From an uncultured Clostridia bacterium (lineage in GTDB: Bacteria > Bacillota > Clostridia > TANB77 > CAG-508): a stretch of 64,000 nucleotides of DNA. The DNA lies in NCBI GenBank assembly GCA_947630065.1, contig CANRGE010000001.1, positions 88,281 to 152,280 of the forward strand, given 5' to 3'. The notes under the pieces are model-generated. The model had not been told where the DNA came from, ran no database searches, and was given only the letters and a program-made list of their open reading frames with translations. Positions 1 through 11,508 of the stretch are shown here, in pieces (position 1 is the stretch's first letter; each line of letters starts with the position of its first letter). The position numbers and the translations under genes are program-made.

Positions 1-486
1 GATAAAACATCATCAACGATTTTCAAACAAGTTAAATATTATAATAAATTAGATGATGAAAAAAACATTCCACCGCAAAATCGTAAACCAATAAAAATTT
101 TTATAGATACTGATGGTGGAGATTTAAATGCAGCCTTTAGCATAATTTCAACAATTGAGACTTCTACTACACCTATATATACTTATAATATAGGTAAAGC
201 ATGGAGCGCGGGATTTTTTATTTTAGTTGCAGGACATAAACGATATGGTATGCCTTATTCAAGCTACTTATTCCATAATGGTTCTTGTAGTAATGAGGCA
301 GATGCGCATAATTTTATAAATTATAGTAATTTCTATAGTATGTAGCTAAAACAGTTGAGAACTATAATTTTAACAAATACAAACTTGACAGCAGAATTAT
401 ATGATTAGCACTATGCAAGTGATTGGTGGTTTGATAATACTGATGCTCTTTCAAATCATATAATAGATGAAATAGCAAAAATATGA
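1..486 (+). CDS. clpP: ClpP-like protease (5'-truncated; two in-frame TAG read as Gln)
   Basis: Frame 1 reads KPIKIFIDTDGGDL...IYTYNIGKAWSAG...YLFHNG...SDWWFDNTDALSNHIIDEI, giving ClpP Ser/His/Asp motif context. TAG at 343 and 406; ends TGA at 484-486. Confidence 0.85.
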
Positions 487-507
487 TAACATGGAGGATA
501 CTTAATA

Positions 508-1332
508 ATGGAAAATAAAGAAATAAAGGAAATGGAAGAGGTAACTGATATTATAAGACAAGCCCAAATGAGTAACACTCTTCAAAGTCAAGTAGACTTA
601 ATGATGAAAATAATAGAATTACCTGATGAAACTTTTGATATGCTATATCAAATAGTAATGAATAATTTTGAAAAAGCTTTTAATAATCCTAATTTTGAAA
701 AACAAGTACTTAAAAGCTTAAACGAAGAAATGTACAGAAATCCTAATTTTGATATTGAAAAAGAAGCTGAATCAATTCAAAAATTTATTGATTCACTTAA
801 AGAAGAAGAAAATATTAGTGATAATAAAAAGAAATTTTTAGAAAAAGTTCTAAGTTCTACCATAGTAAAATTTGTAAACTTATATCAAAATCCTCGTGAA
901 AAAGTTAAAGTTAAAATAGAAAAATTAGATGAAAATGCTTATATACCTGAATATGCTCATCAGCTTGATGCTGGCGCAGACATAAAAGCATTAGAAGATA
1001 CTGAAATTCAACCTAATGAAACAGTGCTTGTTAGAACAGGATTAAAAATTGCTATTCCAAAAGGTTATGAAATTCAAATACGTCCTCGTTCTGGCATGAG
1101 TCTTAAAACTGGTTTAAGAATAGCTAATGCGCCTGGTACAATAGATTCTTCTTATCGCGGTGAGGTTGGAATAATTGTTACTAATACAAGTTCCGAAACT
1201 TACACAATAAAACAAGGTGAAAAAATTGCACAATTTGTAATTGCTCATACGCCTATGATAATTTGGGAAGAATGTAAAATTGATGATGAAACAGATAGAG
1301 GAGAAAAAGGCTTCGGCTCTACTGATGCCTAA
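508..1332 (+). CDS. dut: Trimeric dUTPase with ~130-aa N-terminal helical extension
   Basis: Motifs AGADI, RPRSG, GTIDSSYRGE, IAQ and RGEKGFGST; GGAGG RBS at ~494. Confidence 0.95.
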   Translation: MENKEIKEMEEVTDIIRQAQMSNTLQSQVDLMMKIIELPDETFDMLYQIVMNNFEKAFNNPNFEKQVLKSLNEEMYRNPNFDIEKEAESIQKFIDSLKEEENISDNKKKFLEKVLSSTIVKFVNLYQNPREKVKVKIEKLDENAYIPEYAHQLDAGADIKALEDTEIQPNETVLVRTGLKIAIPKGYEIQIRPRSGMSLKTGLRIANAPGTIDSSYRGEVGIIVTNTSSETYTIKQGEKIAQFVIAHTPMIIWEECKIDDETDRGEKGFGSTDA

Positions 1333-2051
1333 TGAGCAAATTTAAGTTTGAAGATGTAAAAAAGTCTGTTGAGGATTAGGGTTGGCAACTCATATCTGAT
1401 TCCTACTCTAATCTAAATTCAGATTTATTAGCTCTCTGCCCCAATGGTCATGAAGTTCATTTTATTTATGATGATTGGCGCAACAATTCAGTAGAATGTG
1501 GAATATGCAATCATCTTAATCTTAAAAAAATCAATGAAAAGCCTAAAAAGAAAAAAGGTTATAGAATATTAGCTTTTGATTAGGCATCTATTACATCAGG
1601 TTGGTCTGTTTTTGAAAATAATAATTTAATAAATTATGGCTGCTGGACAAGTCACGGCAATAAATCCACAGAACGAATATCTCAAACAAAAGCATGGATT
1701 GCAAGTATGATAGAACAATGGAAACCAGATTAGGTAGTTTTTGAAGATATATAGCTTCAAAAATTTGAAAATGGTGATGCCGTTCTTGTATATAAAAAGT
1801 TAGCACATCTTTAGGGTGTTCTAAAAAATTATTGCTATGAAAACGGTATTCCGTATTTAATTGTACCACCTTCTACTTGGCGCAACTTTAATAATGTAAA
1901 GGGGCGCACAAGAACAGACCAAAAGAAAAATGCACAAATAAAAGTTTAGGCTTTATATGGTGTATAGGCAACAGAAGATGAGAGTGATAGCATTTTAATA
2001 GGTCGCTACGCCGCAGCCCAATATGAACTTATAAAAATTATTCCTTTTTAA
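1332..2051 (+). CDS. RuvC-like Holliday junction resolvase with N-terminal Zn-ribbon (seven in-frame TAG)
   Basis: With TAG=Q it reads CPNGH...CGIC, then RILAFDQASITSGWSVF...VVFEDIQ...KLAHLQGVL...VPPSTWR...EDESDSILIG. ATG overlaps the dut stop. Confidence 0.85.
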
Positions 2052-2132
2052 AAAAGGAACGACAATAGCCGTTCCTTTTAAACACCTTTATAATATTGGG
2101 AGTAGATGTTAGGGTCATCTACTCCCCTTTAT
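2051..2132. terminator. Pair of intrinsic terminators between convergent transcription units
   Basis: Hairpins aaaaggaacg-acaatagc-cgttcctttt and gggagtagatg-ttagggt-catctactccc. Confidence 0.8.
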
Positions 2133-2133
2133 T

Positions 2134-2508
2134 TTAGTCAGAAACGTAGTAAGCACACCACATATATCTATCAGATGGGTCAAATATGTCGTAAATAACT
2201 CCGTCAATTACACAAGTAATGTGTCCACCCATTGTTACTAACCATCTACCAGGCAGTTTTAGATTAGCAAAATCACCTACTGTTTCAGTTTTATTTTTAG
2301 GGTCTTGACAAAATCTTTCATAACGTTTACTTAAATAATCGTTAATAAATTCGACCTCTGAAAAAGTAATGCCCTCCTCTCTTGCATAATTAGAAAGTTC
2401 ATCAAAAATAACCTCCCACGGGCGATTTGTAGCAAGTGATATAGCACGAATTGTACAATCACTCACGTGTCGCCCGTAAGGGTTATTGTTGTAATACTTA
2501 AAATGCAT
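2134..2508 (-). CDS. Conserved phage protein with Cys/His motifs (papain-like peptidase fold possible)
   Basis: NNNP.GR..SDCTIRAIS ... GHITCVIDGVIYD; last gene of the six-gene cassette. Confidence 0.7.
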   Translation of the reverse strand: MHFKYYNNNPYGRHVSDCTIRAISLATNRPWEVIFDELSNYAREEGITFSEVEFINDYLSKRYERFCQDPKNKTETVGDFANLKLPGRWLVTMGGHITCVIDGVIYDIFDPSDRYMWCAYYVSD

Positions 2509-3017
2509 TACATTTTCTTTAATTTTTCAATATGCTTCCTAATTACTTCTTTTTCATGAGAGGTTTCTACATTATCTAACATATATTCAACAAAATTTAC
2601 AAGCGCACCCATTGCCATGTCTACGCCATCTATCATTTTATCTTTAGAATCACCATCTCTATAACGTGAGCGACCATCTCTATAATTATACATTCCTTCT
2701 CTCATTCGAGTAAAGTATCTTTCATCTCTTTCATCTAAGGGATAATATCTATCATAGTTGTTTTCATTATAGCCGCTGCGATTATATCGAGAGCCTCTAT
2801 CATAATCTTCATCATCACCGCGATAACGACCTCTACCACTTCTACCTCTTGCGCCAAAATCGCTATCACAATTTAATTGTTCTTCATAGTAACAAGCCTC
2901 TTTTATATCCTTATAAATATCTATTAGTTTATAAGTGGTATCTAAATTAGAAGAACTTAAACCTTTATCAGCAATATTGGTTAATTCCTTTTTAACTTTT
3001 CTCGCTAATTCTTCCAC
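2508..3017 (-). CDS. Hypothetical protein, Arg/Gly/Tyr/Asp-rich middle
   Basis: Intact ORF with GGAGG RBS; coupled to the next gene. Confidence 0.75.
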   Translation of the reverse strand: MEELARKVKKELTNIADKGLSSSNLDTTYKLIDIYKDIKEACYYEEQLNCDSDFGARGRSGRGRYRGDDEDYDRGSRYNRSGYNENNYDRYYPLDERDERYFTRMREGMYNYRDGRSRYRDGDSKDKMIDGVDMAMGALVNFVEYMLDNVETSHEKEVIRKHIEKLKKM

Positions 3018-3037
3018 TAATCTTCACCTCCTTAAAA

Positions 3038-3424
3038 TTATGCTTCTGCTGGAATTGGAATAGACGGAGCGGCGTTAGAATTACAATTGCAACAACTAAT
3101 GTTATTTACAAGCTTAAATACACCGCTTTGTATGTTAGTTCTTACTACACAAGGATAAATGCCTCTCGGCGAAATATCACAAGCACTTGCATTTGTACAG
3201 TTACAATTCAATAGAGGATAAATGGTTGTTGTATCTCCACCTATTGTTATACCTACCTGTGCGGCAATTGTAGTATCTGTAGGAATACTTTGTCCTATTA
3301 CTAAACAATAACACTGTCCATTATTATAAGAACCAGCAGGAATGTCAATTAGTAAATTGGGTGAGGTAAATGTAACACTTTCCGAAAAAATAAATTTATT
3401 GCAAAGTTTATTGGGGCAACTCAT
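3038..3424 (-). CDS. Cys-rich hypothetical protein
   Basis: Intact ORF with GAGGTG RBS; many Cys residues. Confidence 0.75.
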   Translation of the reverse strand: MSCPNKLCNKFIFSESVTFTSPNLLIDIPAGSYNNGQCYCLVIGQSIPTDTTIAAQVGITIGGDTTTIYPLLNCNCTNASACDISPRGIYPCVVRTNIQSGVFKLVNNISCCNCNSNAAPSIPIPAEA

Positions 3425-3435
3425 TAGTTACCACC

Positions 3436-4446
3436 TCAAAAATTACCGTAACCGCAGCAATTTACACCATTATAATTTAAGGATTGATAAGGTGAGTTTA
3501 CCACATATGCAGGACGTGCAATGGGCTGTAAAGAGCTAAGAAGCTGTTCAGTCTGTGCAGATTGAGAAATCTAAAAACGAGCGTTCTAAAGTTCATTTCT
3601 AAGAGTATCCATCTTTTCTTGATTCATGAAGTCAATTAATCTATCACCAAGACGGTCAATGCCTATCATTGTCTAATTCTAATTTTGCGCCATTAAATAT
3701 CTAATGTCATCTTGTCCACGTTCAATGTTACAAGCATTTGTATTTATAGCATTTACAACGCTATTAAAGCCATTTTGGTTATTGAAGTTAGACTGCATTA
3801 TTGACTCTCTGGTTTCGCAGCAACAATCTTTTACATTGCAGTTGGTAGTTGCTATTGCGCTCTGTAAACCGTTGAATCCATTACAAAGTGTTGCTTGAAC
3901 GTTGTTAAATCCGCTATTCATAGCAGACTATGTTTCAAATCCAGTATTGGTGATAGCATTATTTATACCACCAAATCCCTGACAAAGAGTACTTTGTAGA
4001 GCTGCCGTATTCTGTAAACCAGTTTTTTCTATAGTACAGAAATTATTAGCAAGATTTGTGCCAAGACTGGTGATTGCAAGATTATTCTGGTAAGCACCTT
4101 CTGTTGCGGCGTTCTGTGCAATTCTAACAGCATTATCTAAGTTGTTAAAATTGAAAGCGTCAGCCATGCCTTGTGTAGTAGCAGGTGAGCAGCAAGGATT
4201 ATAACCACTATTAAAACCAAAGTTGCCTGCGGGAATCACGACTGTACCACCACCGTTTCCACTATTGCCGTTATTACGACCGTTATTGCCCCAGCCATTA
4301 CCATAGCTGAAAAACAATACTATTATAATAATCCACCACAGACCCATCTCTCCGCCTAATAATCCGTTATTGTTTCCATTACCGTCATTAGTACCACGAG
4401 CGATAGCAAGTGCATCAGCAATGCTTAATCCACTTTTATCTTCCAT
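3436..4446 (-). CDS. Gly/Asn-rich membrane-anchored protein with CCCET motif (spore-coat-like cassette protein)
   Basis: ORF fragments 3928-4446 and 3679-3921 share a frame and join through TAG; ends TGA at 3436. Contains the hydrophobic segment WWIIIIVLFFSYG. Confidence 0.8.
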
Positions 4447-4485
4447 TTATTAAACACCTCTATAATATATATTTCACGCTTTCAA

Positions 4486-4719
4486 TTATTTAAGCAATGA
4501 CATTAAATCTTGAAGTTCGGTATTAAGATTTAAACCATTGTTTTCAAACATTTGAGAAGCGAGATTAACTAAAGCATCAGTTTGGTTGCCTTCTGCCATT
4601 TGTACAAGCGACTTGATGTTAGGGTCATCAATTTTGCCACTTTTAATCATGTCTAAGGCAACGTCTTTAGGATTTCGCCCTTTCATAATTTGGGCTATTA
4701 TTTTTATTCTCTAATCCAT
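4486..4719 (-). CDS. Small hypothetical protein (MDQRIKIIAQIMKGRNP...)
   Basis: ATG at 4719 overlaps the upstream stop; TAG at codon 3. Confidence 0.75.
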
Positions 4720-5162
4720 TATATATCAAACTCCTTTTTTCTTTGATTAGTATTAGAAAATCTTTCTTCTAAATCTGAAATTCTATTATTACAATTTTTA
4801 ACTTGTTCTATTAACTAATCCATTGAGATTGTTGTAGAATTAACTTTTTCATTTACAGGTTTTTCTTCTGTAGGTATATCTGTATTTTGGTTAAAGGGAA
4901 CAATTTTATAAGGGTAAAGTAGTGGATTCCCATTTTGCATAGTCTTTATATACATTACTTTTTCAGGTAAACAAAGAGCTATAGAAATCCCCGCGCCGAT
5001 TGGTACACTTGCTACTTCCAGTGTAGAATTTATATTATAAACATTACCTTGCGGCTAAGGAAATAAAAACTACATATTTGATTGTCCAGTTGTCCCCTAA
5101 CCAGACATTGTTGGTAAGGGAGGCTATACAGTTGAGTTCATACCATATCCGCTATATGACAT
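4719..5162 (-). CDS. Pro/Gln-rich hypothetical protein, first gene of the cassette
   Basis: GAGGTG RBS; MSYSGYGMNSTVQPPLP...QPQGNVYNINSTLEVASVP is open only with TAG=Q. Confidence 0.75.
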
Positions 5163-5292
5163 ATCATCACCTCTGTGATTTAATCTTTGCATTAAAAAGG
5201 TGAAATATAAAAATCTCAATTTTTCTGTGGCATTTTAATGCTATGAAAAATTCTATGTTTTTAACAAAAATTTTTGTAAGAATTTTTATATA

Positions 5293-5330
5293 AAAAACAA
5301 AAAAGCACCTAAAAAGGTGCTTTTGTTTTT
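5293..5330 (-). terminator. Intrinsic terminator after the tail genes
   Basis: aaaagcacct-aaaa-aggtgctttt hairpin flanked by A/T tracts. Confidence 0.75.
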
Positions 5331-5703
5331 ATTTTATAAATGATTCTAATAATTCTAATTCTCCCATTGTTAAGCCCAAGGGTTCTAATTCTTGTAGTGA
5401 AAAATATATGTCGGGGAGCTAAATTTCTAATTCATTTAATTGCTAAATAGTTTCTTGTGCCTACTAAAGAAATTCTTCTTTTATTTTTAAGCTGCCATCA
5501 GGTAACTATATGAAATTATTATTTTCATCTACTTCACAATATTTTGTTAAAGATTGAAACTATTCTTGCCGAATTTCATATTCAGATTTTAATGTTTTTT
5601 TAATTTTTAGAAATTTATATTGAGTTTCAATTGAAAAAACTTTTGTAGAAATTTTATTTAATAAAATTAGTAAAGGTTCTAATTGTTGTTGTTTAATTAT
5701 CAT
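5329..5703 (-). CDS. Small helical phage protein downstream of the tail tip (DUF1617-like by position and composition)
   Basis: 124 aa with TAG=Q: MIIKQQQLEPLL...CEVDENNNFIQLPDGSLKIKEE...LTMGELELLESFIK. Confidence 0.7.
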
Positions 5704-5713
5704 TTAATCACCT

Positions 5714-8700
5714 TCAAAAATCAAGAGTTACATTGGGGGAAGTTAAGACATATTTATTATTTAGGTCATTTTTTATTTCTCTAACTGCATAAAATAATTT
5801 TATCACGGCAGCAGACATATTAACTAAATTATTTACCGCTGAATCATTAAGAATATAACCACCACTATTTGATATAAAAGAACCAGCAATTAACTATTCG
5901 CTATATTCGTTTATTGATTCATCTAAGTCAATTTTTTCAGTTGATAATTTTATTCCTTTTATTTCTGATGAAGCTACTTTATCGGCAACATATTGACCTA
6001 AAGCTGTGCCGTTTTGAGATTGCATTATTTCATAATTCATTTTTACATTGCCACCACTATCCATTTGTATTGGTGCATTTTCTATGCTTAGTTCATCATT
6101 TAATAAGCCATTAGTATAAGCATTACTAATTCTTCCACCTATATATAAAGTTCCATTACTATCAACTGTAAATAAGTTAATAGCATTATTTCCATTACCT
6201 TTTACTATTGAAAGCAACCTATAACCATCACTGTTTATGCCACTTTTATTGTTAATATAAATACCAGTGCTTTTTGTTTCATCATCAATATTATTAGATG
6301 CATACATTTCACCTAAGAGACTAATTCTTGCACTTGTAGATTCACCATTAGAAGTAGAGAAAATCGTCCTACCATTATTATCATAAAGATAAAAACCAAT
6401 ACTTTGATTATCAGTTATTGATTCATTATTTATGAAATCTCCATTAACTCCATTATATTCATATCCTGCTCTTAATCTTACTTTGTTTCCCTAAACTAAA
6501 GATAAACCAGCTCTATTAAAAGTAATTCTATCGCTTAAATAATTTGTGTTGTTAGTTGATAATGGGTCACGATAAGCATTTATACCTGATTTATCCCAAG
6601 AGAAGTATAAATATCCAGAATCTGTAATTCTAATTTTCCCCGCATCTAAAGTTCCTGTTTTTATACAATCTGCATTTATGCCTTGCGGCGTAACTCCCAC
6701 TGTCCAATCAGTGCCACCTGTGTTAGAAAAGAAAATTCCCTAACCATTTATTTTATATTTATTATTGTGATTATTTAAGTCACTACCGCTTTGTCCTTGA
6801 TTATCAATAGTTATATTATTTTCTTTTGTATTAACTAATGTTAGATTATTGCTATCTAAAGCTCCTTGCAGACTTTGTTCACTAATATTCTGTAAAGCAG
6901 TAAAATTAGAAGAACGTCTATAAATATTTTCATTATAACTTAAAGACTAAACAGTTGCTGTGACTTGCTAAAATAAATCCTCAAATTGAGTTGTAAAATC
7001 CTAAATTTTTATAGAGTTTTTACTATTATCATCTAAATCATCTGTGGTTTCTGATACTAAAACTTTAAGATGATTTGGTAGTCCTGTTGATGGATTGACA
7101 CCAAACATACCTATATCTTCTACAAAAGTAGAATCAGCTATATCTAATTCATAATACTTATATTCAGGCTTGGAACTTAAATCATTAACACTGATAGTAT
7201 AGCTGACTTTAGGTATTGCACCTTGTGCCGCGACCTCTAAAGCTCCATGATAATAAGCATTATCAGATATATAATTCGAATCAGACCAAGTACCTTCTTT
7301 CAAAAAAGGTTCATATTTTTTGAAAAAATCAGTAGAAAGTTTATTTATTAGTTTTAAGAATTTTGACCTTTGTTTTTTCCATTCCTAAATTTGTAAATAT
7401 TCTTTATTAAATTGTCCTAATATTCCTGCGCTATAAGTATGTTCATTACGCCATTCATCAATATGATTCATATAACTGTCATACCACTTCAAAGGTGTTA
7501 AACCATTAACATAAAGAGTCTGTTCACCATTTGTATTATTAGTAAAAAAAGTATCTGAAACTAATTGATTAAAAATTGCCAATTGTTCATCTATTTTAAT
7601 CTAATAATTTAGTAAATTATCATTAGCTGCATTTGTTGTTGTTGCAGTTGGTTTTTGCAATGAACTATATTTATCAATCTATACCTAATATTTTCGTAGT
7701 TGTTTTTTTGCTGTTTCTATCCCCTCTAAATTTACTATTAGTTTAGATTCTAATTCTGTATAAGATTCAGATTCTAAATTTATAATTTTATTAGATAATT
7801 TATCATACTCATTATTATAATAGCCCAACGTTTTTAAATAGCCTGAATTAGAACCATTACCATATAAATCAGATTCAACTTGCTACTAATTTAATAGTCC
7901 TTTAGCAGTATAATAAGAAAAATCTAAAATAAAACTATCTTTTGATGGATTATCTAATGCCGTTTTAATTGAACATAAGCCAGTACTTGATATATCAGAA
8001 TCAACATCATCTACATATAGCTTTGTAACAATTTTATCACTCTAAATTGTTCTACTGATATTGGAAAGATTTTTTTCATATCTAAAGCCATAAGGATTAT
8101 TTTTTCCTTTTTCTGTAATATAGTACAAATTTTTAATCATAGAGCCGTCTGCATTTGTTTCAGCTTTTCCTATACTATTATGCTTAATACTATAAACAGG
8201 ATAACATTCAAAAACTTTACTAATTTCCTATGTTAAATTGAACCTATTTGATTTTTCACCTTTGAGAGTCCTAATTTTGCGGCAATGCTGCATAGCATGG
8301 AATCTATAAGGACAATAACCAAATTTTTGATAATAACAAGTATGATTGCCATTACCATAAGAACAGTCAGTATTTGTTACTGATGTATTACTTTTATAAT
8401 ACTCACAAGTACCTAAATCAATATAATTTGTTATAATTTCATAATCATCTTCTGTAATTTTAGAGCTGTCTAAAGGCAAATGTTCAAGTGTGCCATTATC
8501 TGATAAAAATTCTTTTTGATTAAATGTATCATAATGTGCAAGGAAAAACTTTATTATAATTGCTATAATTCTTTTTCTTAAATCATTTTGACTCATATTA
8601 GCTGCAACGAAATTCTAAATTTTTACAGTAGAACTTTCATTATAATATTTTTGAAGATGTATAAGAATTTTTGATATTGCTCCGTCATTTATATAATCTG

Positions 8701-11488
8701 ACATAATGTTATATTCTTGTACATATTTCTCTTTTATTTTATCGTTATATCTACAAATTTTATCTAATTCTTCTAAATTATTTAATATTGCAGAATCTTT
8801 TAACACTAATTGCTAAATAAAATAATTCTAAATTTCAAACGTGCCGCCTGGCATTATATCATCATCAAAAATTACTAAATTTCTCATACTTTTTTCTGTT
8901 ATAAAACTGCTATAATCATAATTTTCATTATTATACCAATAAAGATTTTCAGATGGTATATCTTTTGTAAAAAGATTCCTACCACTATATTTGAAAATAA
9001 TATTATTATTAGTAAACTAATCCGCACCTTTAGTATAAGCTTCAAAAAGTCTAACTTTATTGATTAGCATTAAATTAGGATTTTCTATAGCAAAAAATGG
9101 ATTTTCAATATCTTTTTTAGTTTTAAAAAGAAATGTTCTTGAACTAAGTGTATCATTATTGACTTTAAAGGGATAATTAGCATCTTCAATAAATTGTATG
9201 CTATCTCCATAATCCCAAATATTATCTACATTATTTGAATTAGCAAATTGTCTACCAGTAAATTCAATTCTTTCTCGTTCTGATATTGTATATTTTCCTT
9301 CACCTAATGAAATTCCTTTACCTATTATAATTTTTAAGTTATCAATTGATTTAGTAAAGCAGCTAATATTTAAACAATAAATTTTATCTTTTTCTATTTT
9401 TTTTTCTTGTCCTATTATACCAAAATTAACTATAGTGCCAGTTTCTAAATCCATATTTTTATCTATAGTTAATTCATTATTTTGAGTACCATTTCTATAT
9501 TTTACCACTAAAGAAAAATTAAGTTGAGGTACTCCACTATTATTAGTTTTCTTTGTTGGATATAAATATCTAATCTATTGCTTATTACCTGAAGTAAAAT
9601 ATTTTACAGGTTCAAAACATCTTTTTATTTTATTATAATTTTTTTTATTTATTTGACCCGTACTACTAATATCATTTTCATTATATAACTCATCTAAATA
9701 AAAAATTATCTAATAAGATTCCTCATTATTATTTTTTTTTGTCATAAAATAAGTTCCGTTGCTAAAAAAATAACCTTGTCGTTGAGCATCTGTAAGTATT
9801 GAAAAAACTGTTTTTAATTGAGAATCTAATTGATTATATTTCTAAGAATTAAGTTTCCAAACATAACCAATTGGATAACGAGGTGGAGTATAATAAAGGA
9901 AAGATAATTCAGTTTGTGAAGAAAAGTTATTACTATCTGACCGAGAACTTCTTAACTAAACTTTAGCAGAATCAAATTTCATTGATTCTGATTCACTTAC
10001 TAAATTCTATACTTCCCAACCATCTGTTGACTATATGTTTACGCCGTTTTGTATATAATTTCTTGCTAATTGTGGCACTATTTGTCGTGTATCTATCTTG
10101 GAGCAAACCTAATAATTTTCTGTCGTTCCCCACCAATCAGGGTTGGAAAAATTATCATTAAAATTAGAAGAGTTTTCAGAATAAACAGTAGTAAACTAAT
10201 CTATTTCTTCTGTTATATTTAATTCAGAACGATTAGCTATTGAAATACTTTTTCCTTTTATTTCAGCTAAATCATTAAGATTACTTAAATATCCATCATA
10301 ATATACACATTTATTTCCTAAACATTCTTTATAGGTATCAATTACATTAAAATCTTCTGCAATATATTTAAAAGTATGACTAACGTAAGCCAAACTATCT
10401 GTACCGCTTGCTAAACCTTTAGTCAGCTAAGTATCTTCAAAAATATACCAATAATCAGATTTAATATTTTCATTCCATTGCCGCGTTGTCATAAAATAAT
10501 GATAAGTCTTATCTAAAATCAATCCAGTTTCATCAATTTTTAATTTCTAATTTTTAGGGAAATAAATAAACTAAATATAATTATTTGGGTCAACGTTTCT
10601 CGGCGCAAGGGCATAGTAATTAGTATTAGGATAATACTAAGCTTCTTCTGTAGCCTATAAATCATATTTATCTTTAATTTCACTAATATTTTTATAATCA
10701 CAATCAGAATAACAAAAATCAAGCTAAGTATAAGGTACAAAAATATAATCATTAAGATTAGTACTTAAAGAAACTTCTTCATAATTATTTTTCCAAAATA
10801 TGCCTTTTTCCCTTGCTAAATCATCGCCCATTTCAGCTTTACGAATTTCTCCCGTTTCGGCATTAGTAATAGTTAAATTATCTAACTAAAAATTTATTTT
10901 ATAGGCACTTAATTTTTTGAACTAACTAATAGGAATCTTAAAAAGTTTTGTAGGAGTAAATTCTGTAAAATCACCCCAGTTATATTGAGGGGTATAAGTC
11001 CAAAGAGAACCATCTAAAACAGTTTCAGAAAAAGTGCCTATTTCTTCAACATTATTATATAATTCTTCATCAAAAGTTATGCCATATCCATTTCTTGACA
11101 ATTCGTCTATAAAAGAATCTGAACAAGTATATGTTTTCATATAACTTTTAAATTTCTTATCTTCTTTTATTGTCTTAATATAAAGTTCATACCATTTTTC
11201 TTTATAAAATAATTTTATTTTTCTTTCTGAAAATAATTCATCTATAAATTTATTTCTTACATATTTTCCTTCTCTACTATCAAAATATTTGTCAGGCATT
11301 TGAAAAGTTAAACTATTTGTACCATTAAGTTTTCGAGTGAATTTAACAGAAGTCGCCCGCCCCTCATAAGTCATATCATGTGCGCCAATAATAAAAAGCT
11401 TAGTTTCTTTCTTTTTACCATTATCTAACACTTCTTCTTTCCAAACGCTTATTTCATAAGGAAGTTTTTTTATATCTTCTAATGCCAT
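5714..11488 (-). CDS. Large tail tip / baseplate hub-spike protein (~1924 aa)
   Basis: Nine ORF-track fragments (10922, 10196, 9017, 8615, 8228, 7385, 7001, 6491, 5894) share one frame and each ends at TAG; true stop is TGA at 5714. N-terminal RKLNGTNSLTF and C-terminal GVTPQGINADCIKTGTLDAGKI are typical of tail proteins; follows Dit. Confidence 0.85.
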
Positions 11489-11508
11489 TAGAATTTTTCA
11501 CCTCTTTA

